Made by a program: the position numbers and the translations under genes. A stretch of DNA of 64,000 bases from Neophaeotheca triangularis (taxonomy: Eukaryota): contig BAAIJX010000003.1 in assembly GCA_054600435.1 (NCBI GenBank), forward strand, positions 310,001-374,000, written 5' to 3'. Below the pieces are notes generated by a model. That model was not told where the DNA came from, did not search any database, and saw only the letters and a program-made list of their open reading frames with translations. Shown in pieces: positions 1 to 11,452 of the stretch (position 1 is the stretch's first letter; each line of letters starts with the position of its first letter).

Positions 1-1
1 T

Positions 2-514
2 CGCGAACGGCTAGACAGCGTGATCCAACTCTTCGGCCGCGCTATGGCCTGGCCCCTCTCCCCTTCCGAACAAGCCTCGCTAGGCTCTTCCTTCATCTCC
101 GTTTCCGCACCGACAGGCGAAAGCGAAGCCGAGCTGCGTACTCGCGAGACCAAAGCGAAAGAGTTCACGGAGAAAGAACGCGGTGAGATCAACGAGCTCA
201 TTGGGAATGGTAGCGATGCGAAGGGTTTGCAGGAGGCTGCGGAGAGGGTGGAGGAGTTGAGGTCCTTGTTGGCAGTATGGGAGGGTACGGCGGAGGAGAA
301 AGCTAGACGGGGATTTGTGGAGGGATTGGCTAGGATGGTTGAGGAGAAGGAGAGGGCTGTGGCGGAGAAGGGGATTGCTGGGAGGGGTCAGCGGGCTGTG
401 GGGGAGAGGGTGCCGGGGATGAGGTACGGGACTCAGGACGCTGGAGTTGGGCAGAGTGGGTATGGGTTTATGAGGGGACTTAGGAAGCTTGGTGATGGGG
501 TGTATCTCGACTGA
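2..514 (+). CDS. 3' part of a conserved fungal helical/coiled-coil protein, truncated by the window edge
   Basis: The frame is open from position 2 (RERLDSVIQLFGRAMAWPL...) to TGA at 512-514. The sequence is helical and E/A/R-rich and ends GFMRGLRKLGDGVYLD. It resembles conserved ascomycete hypothetical proteins, possibly COG/tethering-related, but I cannot confirm the family. Confidence 0.7.
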   Translation, partial: RERLDSVIQLFGRAMAWPLSPSEQASLGSSFISVSAPTGESEAELRTRETKAKEFTEKERGEINELIGNGSDAKGLQEAAERVEELRSLLAVWEGTAEEKARRGFVEGLARMVEEKERAVAEKGIAGRGQRAVGERVPGMRYGTQDAGVGQSGYGFMRGLRKLGDGVYLD

Positions 515-1267
515 GGTATCGTCGAGGACGGCATGGGATCTGTCGAGACCAAAAGGACATTGCGAATACGACCAGTTGCGCGAGCCTCACGGGAATACCA
601 GTCATTGCTTTGTAATGATTCAAAGGCCTGCTTTTCCTCGGCCCCGACGCCAAAACTTATGCACTCAGAACCTCGATAGCCTCAGCGAGCTGAAACCCGA
701 CATGCAGCGTGCTGTGGACTCGGCGTCGCAGCACCATTTCTGCGATAGCTCAGCTGAGCGAGGGTGCTTACGCTTTTCATTTTGCTCCAGCTGTATGCTG
801 GCAGTGATTCGCAGAGCGCCCTCGAACTACGATTCGCACAACGCTCGCCTCTGAAATCTATGCAGTTTGCCGACGCCGCAGCGTTGATTCCGCTTTTGTC
901 TACTCAAATTAGACTCGGATACGTGATTGCATCACGGTCTTGGTATGTAATACCTTCCCTCTACCACATAACGTTGACGTTCCTGGTTTTGAGGAGAGCT
1001 CTAGGCGTCTTGCTGCTCTCGCCTGCAGCTCGCCGTGGCCGCTCTGGAAGCCAAGTAAGTGTAAACCATGTTATATCTGATGGATGATTGATCAAGAAAA
1101 ACAAAGAAAGCGAGAGAGGCATAATGAACATCAAGAGAGAAAGCTGACGGAACTCCCATTCAAAGTGCTCGATTGCAAATACCAAAGACAGAAGTCCAAC
1201 AGCTAGTCCCAGCAAACCGCTCGTTGAATCCTCACGCCACGCCACACCCCAAACAAACGCATCCCCC

Positions 1268-2500
1268 CTACTCCTCCGCAACCGCCGCCTCTACCGCCGC
1301 CCTCTCCGCCCTCAACCCCTGCAACAACACCCGGTGCCCCCAGGGATCACATCCCTGGCACAAGTACTCGGTCTCGTCGTCCTCAACATCCTCCTGCACC
1401 GCCTCCCCCATACACCCGACGTGCTGCCAAACCCCACATCCATCGCACCCAACCATGTGCTCCCCATCATCCTCCCCGGCCCCACAAACACATCGCACAG
1501 TCTCATCCCCCTTGTCGAAATTCACCGCGCGTGCAAACTCCGGGCGGAAGTCCGGGAAAACGTCCTTGCGCCCCTTCCTCACCGCGAGGCCCTTCCTCGG
1601 CGGGGGGAGGCTGGCGCGGAACTCCTCCGTCAAGCGCTCCAGGAGGGCCTTGCTCGCCGCGCGAGCCTCGGCAATACTCGCCGGCAGCGCCTCGCCGTCC
1701 ATGACAGCCGCAAGCACCGCAGCATCGACAGCGGCAGGCTTCTTCCTCGGCGCCTTGGTAAGTCTTGGCTTTTTGGCAGCCCTCGCCCTCGTGATGTCAC
1801 CGTCCCCCTCTTCCTCCGCAGAGGGGGAACGGCCGCGCTTCCTGGGAGAAGCAGCGGCGGCGCCCGGCACGGCCGATTCATCAGTCCTATCGTCCCCGAC
1901 TGGCTCGCCGTCCGGGCGCGCGTGCTTCTCCGCAGGAGCGGCTTTAGTGGCCTGTGGTGGTGGCGAGCTGGGCGGCGTCGTCGAGGCTCCTCCAGGCACA
2001 CCGATGACGGGGCGCTCGCCCACGGACGCTGGCGTCGAGGAACCCGAGGCTCCGGCACGCTCTGGCGGCGGCGAGGAGACGGGAGTGTCGGCGCGCACGC
2101 CCACGGGCTCGGCGCCCGGCGTCCACTCGCGGCCGGGGTACTGGGCGTAGCCGTCGGCGGTGGCGGTGTTGGCGGTGGTGGGGAGGGGCAGGAGCGGCGC
2201 CATCTCGGCGGCCAGCTCGAGGCGGCGCACCGCTTGCACGGAGAGCGCAGCCGAGGCGTCGTCGCGGCCGGCCCAGAGCTCCGCTGCGTCGCGCCGGGCG
2301 CGCGAGAAGGGCTCGGCGCCGCTGGGGAGGGTGCGGAGGAGGAATCTGCCCCGCCGCACCGCGTACTCGGCCTGCGTGTAGTGCTCGTTGATTGTCGTGC
2401 CGGTCTCGAGCGGGGCGGCGGCGGCGAGGAGGGCTTGCTGGCGGGTGGGGGTGGAAGGAGAAGAGGGAGAGGAGGGAGCGGAGGCGCTTGCCGAGGACAT
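1268..2500 (-). CDS. PHD-finger protein (C-terminal Set3/Cti6-type PHD, long disordered N-terminus), 410 aa
   Basis: C4HC3 motif VRCVCG...MVGCDGCGVWQHVGC...YLCQGC near the C-terminus. Basic NLS-like stretches SPRKRGR and AAKKPRL...RKKP. I chose the ATG at 2498-2500 (context ACAACCATG) because the upstream in-frame sequence is T/S microsatellite typical of a 5' UTR. Confidence 0.8.
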   Translation of the reverse strand: MSSASASAPSSPSSPSTPTRQQALLAAAAPLETGTTINEHYTQAEYAVRRGRFLLRTLPSGAEPFSRARRDAAELWAGRDDASAALSVQAVRRLELAAEMAPLLPLPTTANTATADGYAQYPGREWTPGAEPVGVRADTPVSSPPPERAGASGSSTPASVGERPVIGVPGGASTTPPSSPPPQATKAAPAEKHARPDGEPVGDDRTDESAVPGAAAASPRKRGRSPSAEEEGDGDITRARAAKKPRLTKAPRKKPAAVDAAVLAAVMDGEALPASIAEARAASKALLERLTEEFRASLPPPRKGLAVRKGRKDVFPDFRPEFARAVNFDKGDETVRCVCGAGEDDGEHMVGCDGCGVWQHVGCMGEAVQEDVEDDETEYLCQGCDPWGHRVLLQGLRAERAAVEAAVAEE

Positions 2501-2759
2501 GGTTGTAGTGGTGGTGGTGGTGGTGGTGGTGACGGTGTCGAGGGAGCTTGGTTGGATGGTCCGAGGGGCGGTAGGACAAATTGGTATTGCTGTTGTTGTT
2601 GTTGTCGTTGCTGTTGTTGGGTCTGTGAATGATGATTGGTGGCTTGGTCTGGTCTGTCTGTGATTGACGATTGGAAGGTTTGTTCTGTCTGAGAAGAAGA
2701 AAGAGGAAGAGGAAGAGGAAGCGTCTGGGATGGCGGACGAGTATATGCAACTGAGACGA

Positions 2760-2965
2760 CAATAGCACGCACTGGACAATAGAGAACCGTTCTGACAATA
2801 CATTCGATGGGGACTATTGTGCTATTGCCGTGGAGAGTATCAATAGCCTTGCTTGCGGGTTAATAGCTATTGTTCGAGGCTGGTATCATGCAGGGGCCAT
2901 TGCGGGAAGCAAGTGAAGTTTCAATATATAGACGGTCTGTCCATATTGTAGTAATAGCGCTATTG
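2760..2965. promoter_or_regulatory. Cluster of 7 CTATTG/CAATAG motifs upstream of the PHD gene
   Basis: Exact hexamers at 2760, 2777 and 2841 (CAATAG) and at 2814, 2822, 2867 and 2960 (CTATTG). Palindromes AATAGCTATT (2862-2871) and AATAGCGCTATT (2953-2964). A regulatory function is inferred. Confidence 0.5.
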
Positions 2966-4738
2966 TCTTGAGTATGAACAGATCTAAACTGCGAGCTCGG
3001 GCTCAGGAGATTTAAGAATGGTCTCCTCATCACTAGGCATGGTAGTGCTGGCTCCCGCCGACGTGCTCAAAAACTCGAGCCCATTGAGTTCCGACAACGC
3101 CACGAAGGGAGGAGGGCAAGGCGCCGCCCTCACCATGACCTCACATCGCCAATCAAGAAGCAGCAGTATAGTGAAGTGACATCGAATCAGAGTGACGGCG
3201 AGGTGAGCGCGAATCAGTACGTTCAAGTAGAAGCGTAAGGAAAGTGAAGGCAAAGTGAAGTCAAGCGGAAAAGTGAGGATTGCACATTGAGGGTTCCATG
3301 GCTTCGGGCAGAAACTACCACGAGCTGAAGGGCGCCGCGCTGCTTTGTAGATCAGATTGTCTGGGTTTCTTCGAATAGGTAGGTATCAGTCCGCGTCTCA
3401 TGCTGCTAGTACATCCGCTTTAAGAGCCTTGTGTTGTGGACTTTGCAGGACGAGAAGACACCGTGGGATTGGTGGGTGAAGCCCTGGTAGCTGGGAGAGA
3501 CTGCACTTTCAGATCTGTTGACGGGCGGCCATGGCATGTAGGAGGCTCACTTTGATATGGCAGTGATCGCAACAGGTTGCACTCTCACGGATGGAGAATT
3601 TTTCAACCCCAGAAACTCTCGGTGCGCAAGACGCTGTTCCTTACCTTGAGTCGAAGAATGTGACAATCAGGTGCTGTGAGCATGGAATGTTTCGACCCTT
3701 CACTTTGGGCGACAACTTGATGCGTTTGGCACGGATTTGATCATCAAAAGGGCTATACGCCAGTATGTTCCTGTTCTCAATAGATGTTGGGTAGTCGATT
3801 CCCAAGACGCAGGCCCGGCCGAGAAGATGGCTGAAGATCATGTTGGCAAGGATCGTCACAAGCATGAGAGATCCAGGTAAGACCGGGGCTGTATTTGCGA
3901 GTTTGAAGGTTGTCCCGTCTCTTACATGACGATGACAGCGCTCAATTTACTCGAGTGTTGCCGAAGACGCCATGGAAATGGTAGAATCATTGCAGTACCA
4001 CTCTCGCTTGGTCCAACAAGACGACCAGCTGCTGGTTGCACGCCTGCGCTTTTGTCTCGGACTTTGACCTTTGCCTTCCCGCTGGTGATGCGATTGATCG
4101 TTCAGGGATTAAAAGAAAAAAGAAAGGGGGTAGCCTCCTTTACTCGACTTTTGACGTATGAGGCCTTCATGTTTTTTTTTAAGAAAAAGGAGAAAGCGGC
4201 AGGGGAAGAGGTGATCAAAGTTGGTAAAGGCGTATTTCAGTACCTCGTACCTACGGTAACATGGGAGCTATCATCATCGGCGGCAACGCAAGGGAAATCC
4301 ATCTGCATGCAGCGCATGGTTTCACAGCATGGAATCGGTGTAGGACCTGTGGCATACATACTACTACCTACCTAGGTACTGTACTACCCAGTAACTTTGC
4401 ATTACCTCAATAATACCTAATTGGAATGGAAGCCTGCTACGTTGCTCAACATGGAAAAGAGGCGGAAAGATGTAACGAGATGAGAATTAAAGGAGAAATT
4501 GACAGTAATACTTCAGGCCGACGATGGGGAGTCAAGTCTGAGTCTGATGGATGGATGGATGCCAGCCGGGATGTACAGTACCAAAGTACGTGGGAGGGAG
4601 CCGAGATTCGCCGATGGATGCGTGCAAGCCGACTTGTCACATTCCATTATTATTGTTACAGTAACTTCACCTACAGTAGTAGTTATCCCTGATCATTGTG
4701 CATGCATCATCAGCAACGGTCGTCACGACCTTCCTCAC

Positions 4739-4740
<2 letters not shown>

Positions 4741-4788
<48 letters not shown>
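4741..4788. repeat. (TTGA)12 tetranucleotide microsatellite
   Basis: Perfect tandem array seen directly in the sequence. Confidence 0.97.
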
Positions 4789-5363
4789 CCGCATCCCATC
4801 TGGTCGTCACCCGAACAAGGGTCTGAGTCGTCTGACAGTCTACAGTAGTAGTCCAAGCCATGCGTACCCTACCTTCTCCTAGCTACGGTGCCACGACGGC
4901 TGCGAGCATCAATGGCTGAACCACTCCAAGACTACAGTACCCATACGACCTGAGGAAGCCCCCCCTCCCCCCCCCGGTCTCTTTCTTTGCGCTTTGCGCT
5001 TTGCCCTCCCAATACTTCCGTGTCGCCATGCGCTTGGGGACTGCTCAGGCGCCTGTCGGGACCCTCGTCGGGATGGGTAGCTGCGTGATGGGCGCAAAGA
5101 TTCTGTGCTAGGTCGGTGAGTGTGTTGGTACACTGTAACTGTGAGATTGCTGCATCCTCTTCCCCCCGTCCGTTCCGTCTGCTCTTTCTTTCTTTTGACT
5201 GGTGTCGCACTTTCTCCTTTTTGCCTTTTTTTCCTTTGAAACACTTCCCGCGCCTGGGTTGCTATCCTATGCAGCATTCCATCCTGACTGCAAACGCAAA
5301 CTTTGTCCTGCTTTCAAAATCTCGGCAACGGACTGCTGTGAGTTTCAGACGGCAGAGACAGAG

Positions 5364-7727
5364 ATGGGGACGCGAAGCTATGCCCAAGTTGCGCCCACGG
5401 CGGGGACCATCGCTCTGAACGCGTACATTTACGGCTACGGAGGCCACTCGCTCGTCACGCCTCACCACACTCTCAAGCAGTTATGGTGGACCGACGATCG
5501 CATCAACTCGAAAGTCACGAGATCTTTTGTCGTCTCAAAGCTGAGGGGAGAGGAGCGCGAGTTTCTCGACAGACCGCTCGCTTTTGGTGAGGGATTGACG
5601 GATGATACCTACATGGAGTGGATTCTGGAGCGAGCGAGACGCTTGTTCCTCATATTGGCCGAAATCGGCGTGCCTGATCAAATCTTCGGGTGCATCGACG
5701 ACTCCTGGGACGATGCGGATTTGCCCATCAAGCGCGACAATGTAGCCGGTCTCGAGCTGGCTTACGAAAATGACGAAGCGCTCAACCAGAAATTCTACGA
5801 TACGCAGTTTGTCTACCTTCTCAGAGAGCTTCAACATGGCAAGCACATTGAGTACGGGCCGAGGGAACATATACCAATGGAGCATGTAAACACACTTCCT
5901 CCAGCCGTCACTCTACAGTCATGGGACCGTGTTCATTTCCCGGGGCGGCCAGCAGAAATTTTCACGCGGCGCAAGCTTTCGCTGTATGACAAGGAGACGG
6001 GCAGAGAACACCGCGACGAATTTATGAGAGATATCAGAAAGGCGCAGGCTCTTTCACACGAACACATTGCGTCGACATGGGCCTCGTACGTCTCCGACAA
6101 CTCGGGCTACATTCTTTCGGATTTCGTGGCCGAACATACGTTGGGTACGTTCATCGACCATCGCACGCCAGCACAATTCGTGCGAGTCGCGGCACCCGAG
6201 AGACCGGCATTGCTCTGCGAATGGATGCATTGCCTTGCTGATGCGCTCGCATCTCTGCACCATCGCGGCGTGGCGCATACAGCGATACGACCTTCCAACA
6301 TCCTGATAGATAACAACAATCACATAGCTTTCGCCGACGTTGGTAGTCTGAGGACGTTTCAAAGGGGCAAGAAGGCGAAGAAGACGGAGGCATATGACTA
6401 CGCCGCTCCAGAATCTCAAATCTGCAAGTCACCGCACAACTTCGCTGCAAGCCCGCCGATGAGCAGTTTGTCAGCTTTCAGCAAACTCCGCAAATTCCAA
6501 TCCTACAGCGATGCTGGCAGTTCATCCACCAGCTCCACTAGCAATAGCTCCCGCCCAAACAGCATCATCTTCTTCGCGACCTCGCCACGTCTCTCCTTCT
6601 CCGGCCGACGAAACAGCATCTCGACCCTTGCAACTACCATCACCAATCCATCCAGCCCACCTCCCAAAGACAGGGACAACTCTAGTTTGCGCAACTTCAG
6701 TCGACATCTCATGTCCTCGTCCTCCGCCCCATCCATGTACATTCCCAACTCCCCACCCCTACCCCCACCACCACCACAATCCAGCCCACGCATCCTCCCA
6801 CGACCAACAATCCTCAACCCCGACGCCCTTTCCGACCTCCCTGCCGCAATACCAGAGATGAGCGACATCTACAGCTTAGGCTGCGTCTTCCTTGACCTCC
6901 TCACCTTCCTGATCAAAGGCAAAGCCACCGAATTCGCCAAATTCCGCAGCTCCCTCATCACACCAAGCCCATCATATACCTCGCACCCCAACAACTCCTC
7001 CACAACAGCCGCAACCGCCATCACAGCCACAACAATCGTAACCCAAACCACCACCCCCTCCAACCAACCCCTCCCCCAAATCTCCCCTCCCCCCTCAATC
7101 CCGCCAACCCCGACAACCTCCACTTCCCACCCCCGCCCCTCCTCCACCTTCCACCGGCCCCCCAAACCCCCCCGCCCCCGCCTCGACACCTCCTTCCACG
7201 CTAACCAAGAAAAGCTGCTCGCCTGGCTGGACCACCTCTCCAACGTCGCGGCCGCGCACAACCTCCAAACCACCCCGCGCCTCCTCTCCCCCGAGAACCT
7301 AAACCGCCACCAGGCCCAACTCTACGCCGGCCTCCCCAGCCTCGTCGCTCTCGTCCGCAGCATGCTGGCCCAGAACGCGACTCTCCGGCCCACGGCGCTG
7401 GAAGTGCGGGAGAGGCTCGCCGAGGTCTTGCTAGGAGACTGTGGGCTGGGAGCTGTGGGTCGCGGGCGGGGGTTGTGTTGTGAGGGCAGGGTTTGGGACG
7501 AGGAGGGGGGTGTGGGCGGTGAGGGGAGCTGTTTTGGGGGTGCGGAAGGCGGGGAGGAGGAGGAGGGGGAAAGGGGTGAGGAGGTTGTGTTGCGGAGTTG
7601 TTTTGAGAGGCTTGATGAGGAAGGGGGAAGTGCGGGTCAGGGGGCCAGGAGGGGAAGCGCGGGGACTGGGGCGACGGGTGGGGGGAGGTTTGCTGGGTGG
7701 AGGCGGCTTTTTGGGGGGAGGCGTTGA
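5364..7727 (+). CDS. Protein kinase-like protein, probable pseudokinase, 787 aa, intronless
   Basis: Kinase-fold landmarks LSHEHIAST, ALASLHHRGVAHTAIRPSNILID, ADVG, YAAPE, SDIYSLGCVFL and RPTA. The HRD aspartate is replaced (HTA). First in-frame ATG is at 5364. Confidence 0.85.
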   Translation: MGTRSYAQVAPTAGTIALNAYIYGYGGHSLVTPHHTLKQLWWTDDRINSKVTRSFVVSKLRGEEREFLDRPLAFGEGLTDDTYMEWILERARRLFLILAEIGVPDQIFGCIDDSWDDADLPIKRDNVAGLELAYENDEALNQKFYDTQFVYLLRELQHGKHIEYGPREHIPMEHVNTLPPAVTLQSWDRVHFPGRPAEIFTRRKLSLYDKETGREHRDEFMRDIRKAQALSHEHIASTWASYVSDNSGYILSDFVAEHTLGTFIDHRTPAQFVRVAAPERPALLCEWMHCLADALASLHHRGVAHTAIRPSNILIDNNNHIAFADVGSLRTFQRGKKAKKTEAYDYAAPESQICKSPHNFAASPPMSSLSAFSKLRKFQSYSDAGSSSTSSTSNSSRPNSIIFFATSPRLSFSGRRNSISTLATTITNPSSPPPKDRDNSSLRNFSRHLMSSSSAPSMYIPNSPPLPPPPPQSSPRILPRPTILNPDALSDLPAAIPEMSDIYSLGCVFLDLLTFLIKGKATEFAKFRSSLITPSPSYTSHPNNSSTTAATAITATTIVTQTTTPSNQPLPQISPPPSIPPTPTTSTSHPRPSSTFHRPPKPPRPRLDTSFHANQEKLLAWLDHLSNVAAAHNLQTTPRLLSPENLNRHQAQLYAGLPSLVALVRSMLAQNATLRPTALEVRERLAEVLLGDCGLGAVGRGRGLCCEGRVWDEEGGVGGEGSCFGGAEGGEEEEGERGEEVVLRSCFERLDEEGGSAGQGARRGSAGTGATGGGRFAGWRRLFGGRR

Positions 7728-8334
7728 TTTTGGGAGTGGAGGGTGAGGTGGTTGGAGGACGGGTGACGATGGGGTTGCGTTTGGCAGTCGGGTTCGATTG
7801 GCGCGGCTTGATCTAGGGTGACCTTTAATCCCCCCAAGCTCGTTTAGCTTTTCGCCACATCACGCTGCTTGCTCGGAATTTCATACACGCCTTTCCGTAC
7901 CACCAGGCCATTTTCAGGAATCGGAGTGCGATAGAAATGGACGGCTGTATGGTTTGTCTGTACAGGTTTTGGCAGGTAACGAATGGACTAGTATAATTAG
8001 TAAATAGTAGATATAGCAAGCCACCGCGAATGACTAGGCTACGTTCTTGAGTGCAAAAGGCGCATGTGGTCGACATAAATTCGCTGGGTTGGGTGCCGGA
8101 CTGAATGCTCTTGACTTGTGGGAGAAAGATCTTTATAGCTTGCTATCCACGGATTGCAGCCTTTCTGTTGCGTGTCAACCGACATAGCTATCGGGTAGTA
8201 TCATGTTACCATTCATTCCCCCTTCCACCACTTCCACCATCTCACTGGCAAACAAAGCAACACACAGGGTATCATCCCGAAACGCCGGAAGCAAGCACTC
8301 GAAACACCGCGCCATCTCTCTTACCACCCACATC

Positions 8335-9181
8335 TCACTCCTCCATCTCGGCCCCCCCATCCTGCTGCCCACCCTCCCCCTCCAACCCGTCCCCATCCTC
8401 AGCCCCAACCCAATTCCCCTCCCCCTCAACCCCCCCACCACCCCCCTCCGCACTAAACCCATACTCCTCCCCCCTCCAAACCTCCACAACAACCTGCACA
8501 ATCGCCTCCATCTCCTCCCACGAAAACCGCTCCTCCCAATCCTCCAAACACGGCTCCAACAACTCCTTACAAGTCGGCGCCAGATTACAAACCATCAAGA
8601 CCTCGGCCTCGCTAAACTCCTTCTTCTCCTGCTCCGTCTTCAACCTCTCCAAAGCAACCGCGTAGCCATCGCCGCCGAGGTCCAGACTCGCCGCGAACTG
8701 CTCTTCCAGAGGGAAAGCGACGGCCTCGACACAGCGCTGCACGAAGAGCTGGACCCGGCGTTCGCGCTCGCGCGCGGGGAAGTAGGCGGTCGGGTTGCGG
8801 ACGTGGGGGTGTATTTTGGCGTTGGTGAGGTAGTCTGAGTGCTGCGCGAGGGCTTTGAGGTAGTTGTTCGGGCGCGTGGGTACTGGGGAACCCACCCAGC
8901 GGTGGAGATGTGTTAGTCTATGGGGACGGAGTGGTGGGTGGGAGTGCTGTTGTCGTTGGGGGCGACTTACCGCTTTCCTTGGGCGTCATTCTGTCTTTTT
9001 CCCGGTCGCGGTCTTTGCTTTTGGGGGTTTTGTTTTGCGGCTCCCGCGTGATCAGGCCTTTGCTTTCGACGAGTTGCGTCCACTCGCTGTCTTCGCGCTG
9101 GTGTTGGCTGCGTTTTCGTCGGATCCAGTCCAGGACTGCCGCGTTTTCGAGCGGCTCGGTGCCCGCGTCTAGGATTTTCAT
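8335..9181 (-). CDS. RPC17: RNA polymerase Rpb4/HRDC-like family protein, most likely RNA Pol III subunit C17 (Rpc17/RPC9)
   Basis: Exons 9181-8971 and 8882-8335; intron GTAAGT...ACTAAC...CAG; frame preserved (252 aa). N-terminal MKILD...LENAAVL and C-terminal FSEAEVLMVCNLAPT...LEDWEERFSWEEMEAIV match the Rpc17 pattern as I recall it. Confidence 0.75.
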
Positions 9182-9789
9182 GGTTACTGCTGTTGTTTAT
9201 GAAGCCGAGGCGTAGGTGGGGAAAGGGGTTTAGGGAGGAAAGGAAAAGGATAGATTAGGTAGGTTGTGAAAGTGCAAGGACCCTGCAATAGTAGTTTGAG
9301 CTGTGAAAGCTGCCCCCGCGAATTGGAAAGTCGAGTCTGATGAAACGGAAGAAGTTGAGCAGGTGAAGAAGCCCCGCTACTGCAGGTACCACTCGTGGGG
9401 GCCGATTTGAGGCATTGGGTAATTGTCCCTCCCTCACAATTCCAGTGCCATGCGCAAGCTTCACATTCATAAATATCACTCTTACTACGTTGTTCCCTCC
9501 TTACAGACAATAGATCTATCGCGAGGAGCACGCAACGTGTGACTGCAGCTACTTCAGTGCAACGCTCACATCTATGCTCAGGCGTAACAAAACCCCCATT
9601 TTCCCAACCCGCTACCCAAACACCGCAGAACGCCTCTTGGACAGAACTGCTATCCACCGCATACATGCCATCCCATCGCCGTTGCTACGCAAATCACATG
9701 TACCTCTCCAATGGCATCGCCAATCAAACCCAGTACTTCCTCGCAACGCAATTGTGCCACTCGTTCACCAACCCAAAACTGCCGCCCGT

Positions 9790-11452
9790 CTACAAAACAA
9801 CCACGATAAAAGCCAATAGACTACCCAGCCCTGCTGCAGCGGCACTAACTCTGTAGCCCAATCCAGCGGCGGACTCGTTGCTAGCCGCTACTGTAGAGTC
9901 GCTGTCCGCGTCTTCGCTCGAGTCGTCCGAGGCTGTTGCCTCGTCGGCTTGAGTCGATGGGTCATCGGTTGCGGAAGCGCTGGAAACAGTGTTGGAAGTG
10001 CTCTCGACGGCGATGACGGCAGTGCTTGTAGAGTCGGTGTCAGCGTTGGCAGTGTCGGTGTTGGCGATGCTTGTGTTCCCGGCGGCGCTGGAGCTAGCAT
10101 CACCGGGGCCAGCGTCACCGGAGCCGGCTGCGTTGTTAGTGGCAGCGTCGCCAGAGCTGGCGGGGCTGGTGCTAGAAGCCACACCGGCATCACTGCTGCT
10201 ACCAGCCGACGCCGAACTGGGACTAGGAGACGAAGACGTGGCCCTTGCAGCTCCTGTGTACGCCGCACCGATCGTCGGCAACTCCGTACCCTCAACCATC
10301 CACAACCCCTCAGTGTAATCCGGGCAAGCCACGGGACTAAGACTAGGCTGGTACTCATCCCTCCTAACCCCGGTCGGCGTCACCTTGGCCCACTGCGAGC
10401 TCAAATTCTCAAAATCCTCATTGGCGGGGGTAGGAGTGCCAGCGCGAGTGAAACCGGCAACGACATTCTCATCCGTAGGCGAAGGACCGGCAGGCGGGCC
10501 GTAAGAGACCAACCCGTAATCGTTGGCTTCTTGGATCCACTCGTAGATCATGCTGCCGGACCAGGTATCGACCATGGGCTCGCTGAAGATGGCTTCCTGG
10601 TCGCCGAACGTGCGCGGTTTGACGGCGTTGCAGCCAACTTCGCTGAACCAGATTGGGATATTGTAGTCGCTCGCATTGGCCTGGAGCGCCGAGTAGCCCG
10701 ACGTCTCGAAAGTGCTTTCGCCGCACCATTCGTAGGCGTTGAGGGAGTAGAAGTCGAGCGCTTCGTCGGGTTCGCCGCACGCCATGTAGTTCTGGAGGTT
10801 GGGGCGGAGGTCTGGAATGTCTGCCGCGCTGTAGCCGATGGGGATGTCCCGGTATCCTTGGTTGTCGCGGTAATTCTTCATGTCCACGGCTGCGGCCTTG
10901 ATGTAAGGAGCTCCGACGCTGGCGGCGCCGAAGTTGAGCAGTTCGTTGGCGACGAAGAAACCCGCGACGTTGTCGTAGGCGTGGAAGGTGTCCATGACTC
11001 TGCTGAAGGCATCGTATTGCTCTTGGGTCCAACGGCCACCGCCTTCGTCCGAGTAGAGGTAGGTGTCGAAGGTGTCGAGGTCGATGAAGGTGTAGATGCC
11101 GGCGTCGCTAAAGACTTGCATGCAATCGTCGTGATCGAGGTCGGCTTCGACATGGTAGATGCGGAGGGCATTGGTGCCGATGTCTTTCATCAGCTCGACG
11201 TCTCGCCGGCATTGGTCGCCGTCTGCGAGAGGGTCATTCTCGCTGAGTTGGTAGGCAATGCCTAAGCATCGATCGAATCAGTATTCCTCAATTCTACGTT
11301 GTTGCCGTGAAGTGGTCTCCTTATTATTTACCCTTAATGTAGAATTGGGAGCCATCACTCTTGAAGAACTTGGATCCCTTGACGGAAACGGTGTCGAGGG
11401 CCAAGGTGTGACCTGCCAAAGCAGCCAAGGCGAGCGAAACGCTCAAAAGCAT
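9790..11452 (-). CDS. GH72 beta-1,3-glucanosyltransferase (Gas/Gel family), GPI-anchored, lacking the X8/CBM43 domain
   Basis: Exons 11452-11332 and 11261-9790 (530 aa). Signal peptide; KGSKFF...FYIKGIAYQ; GTNALRIY; catalytic-region motifs FVANE and FSEVGCN; YEWCG; S/T/A-rich stalk; hydrophobic GPI-type C-terminus. Confidence 0.95.

Noticed and set aside
1173..2798. Several long overlapping ORFs (325, 432, 380 and 284 aa) around the PHD gene
   Set aside because: Shadow frames of a very GC-rich CDS, with low-complexity R/P/A translations and no domains.
3641..3920. Minus-strand 74-90-codon ORF with a coding-like look
   Set aside because: No recognisable family, start context or exon partners. 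It could be a decayed fragment, but I cannot support that.
5268..5418. Upstream ATG ORF overlapping the pseudokinase start
   Set aside because: The TSS is unknown, so I cannot show it lies in the transcript.
9337..9370. CTGATGA resembling a hammerhead ribozyme core
   Set aside because: No GAAA after the putative stem II and no stems I or III.
9949..11265. 438-aa antisense ORF over the GH72 gene (similar antisense ORFs lie over the GGT, aquaporin, HAS1, TPP and MFS genes)
   Set aside because: Expected from codon bias on the opposite strand; the translations are not protein-like.
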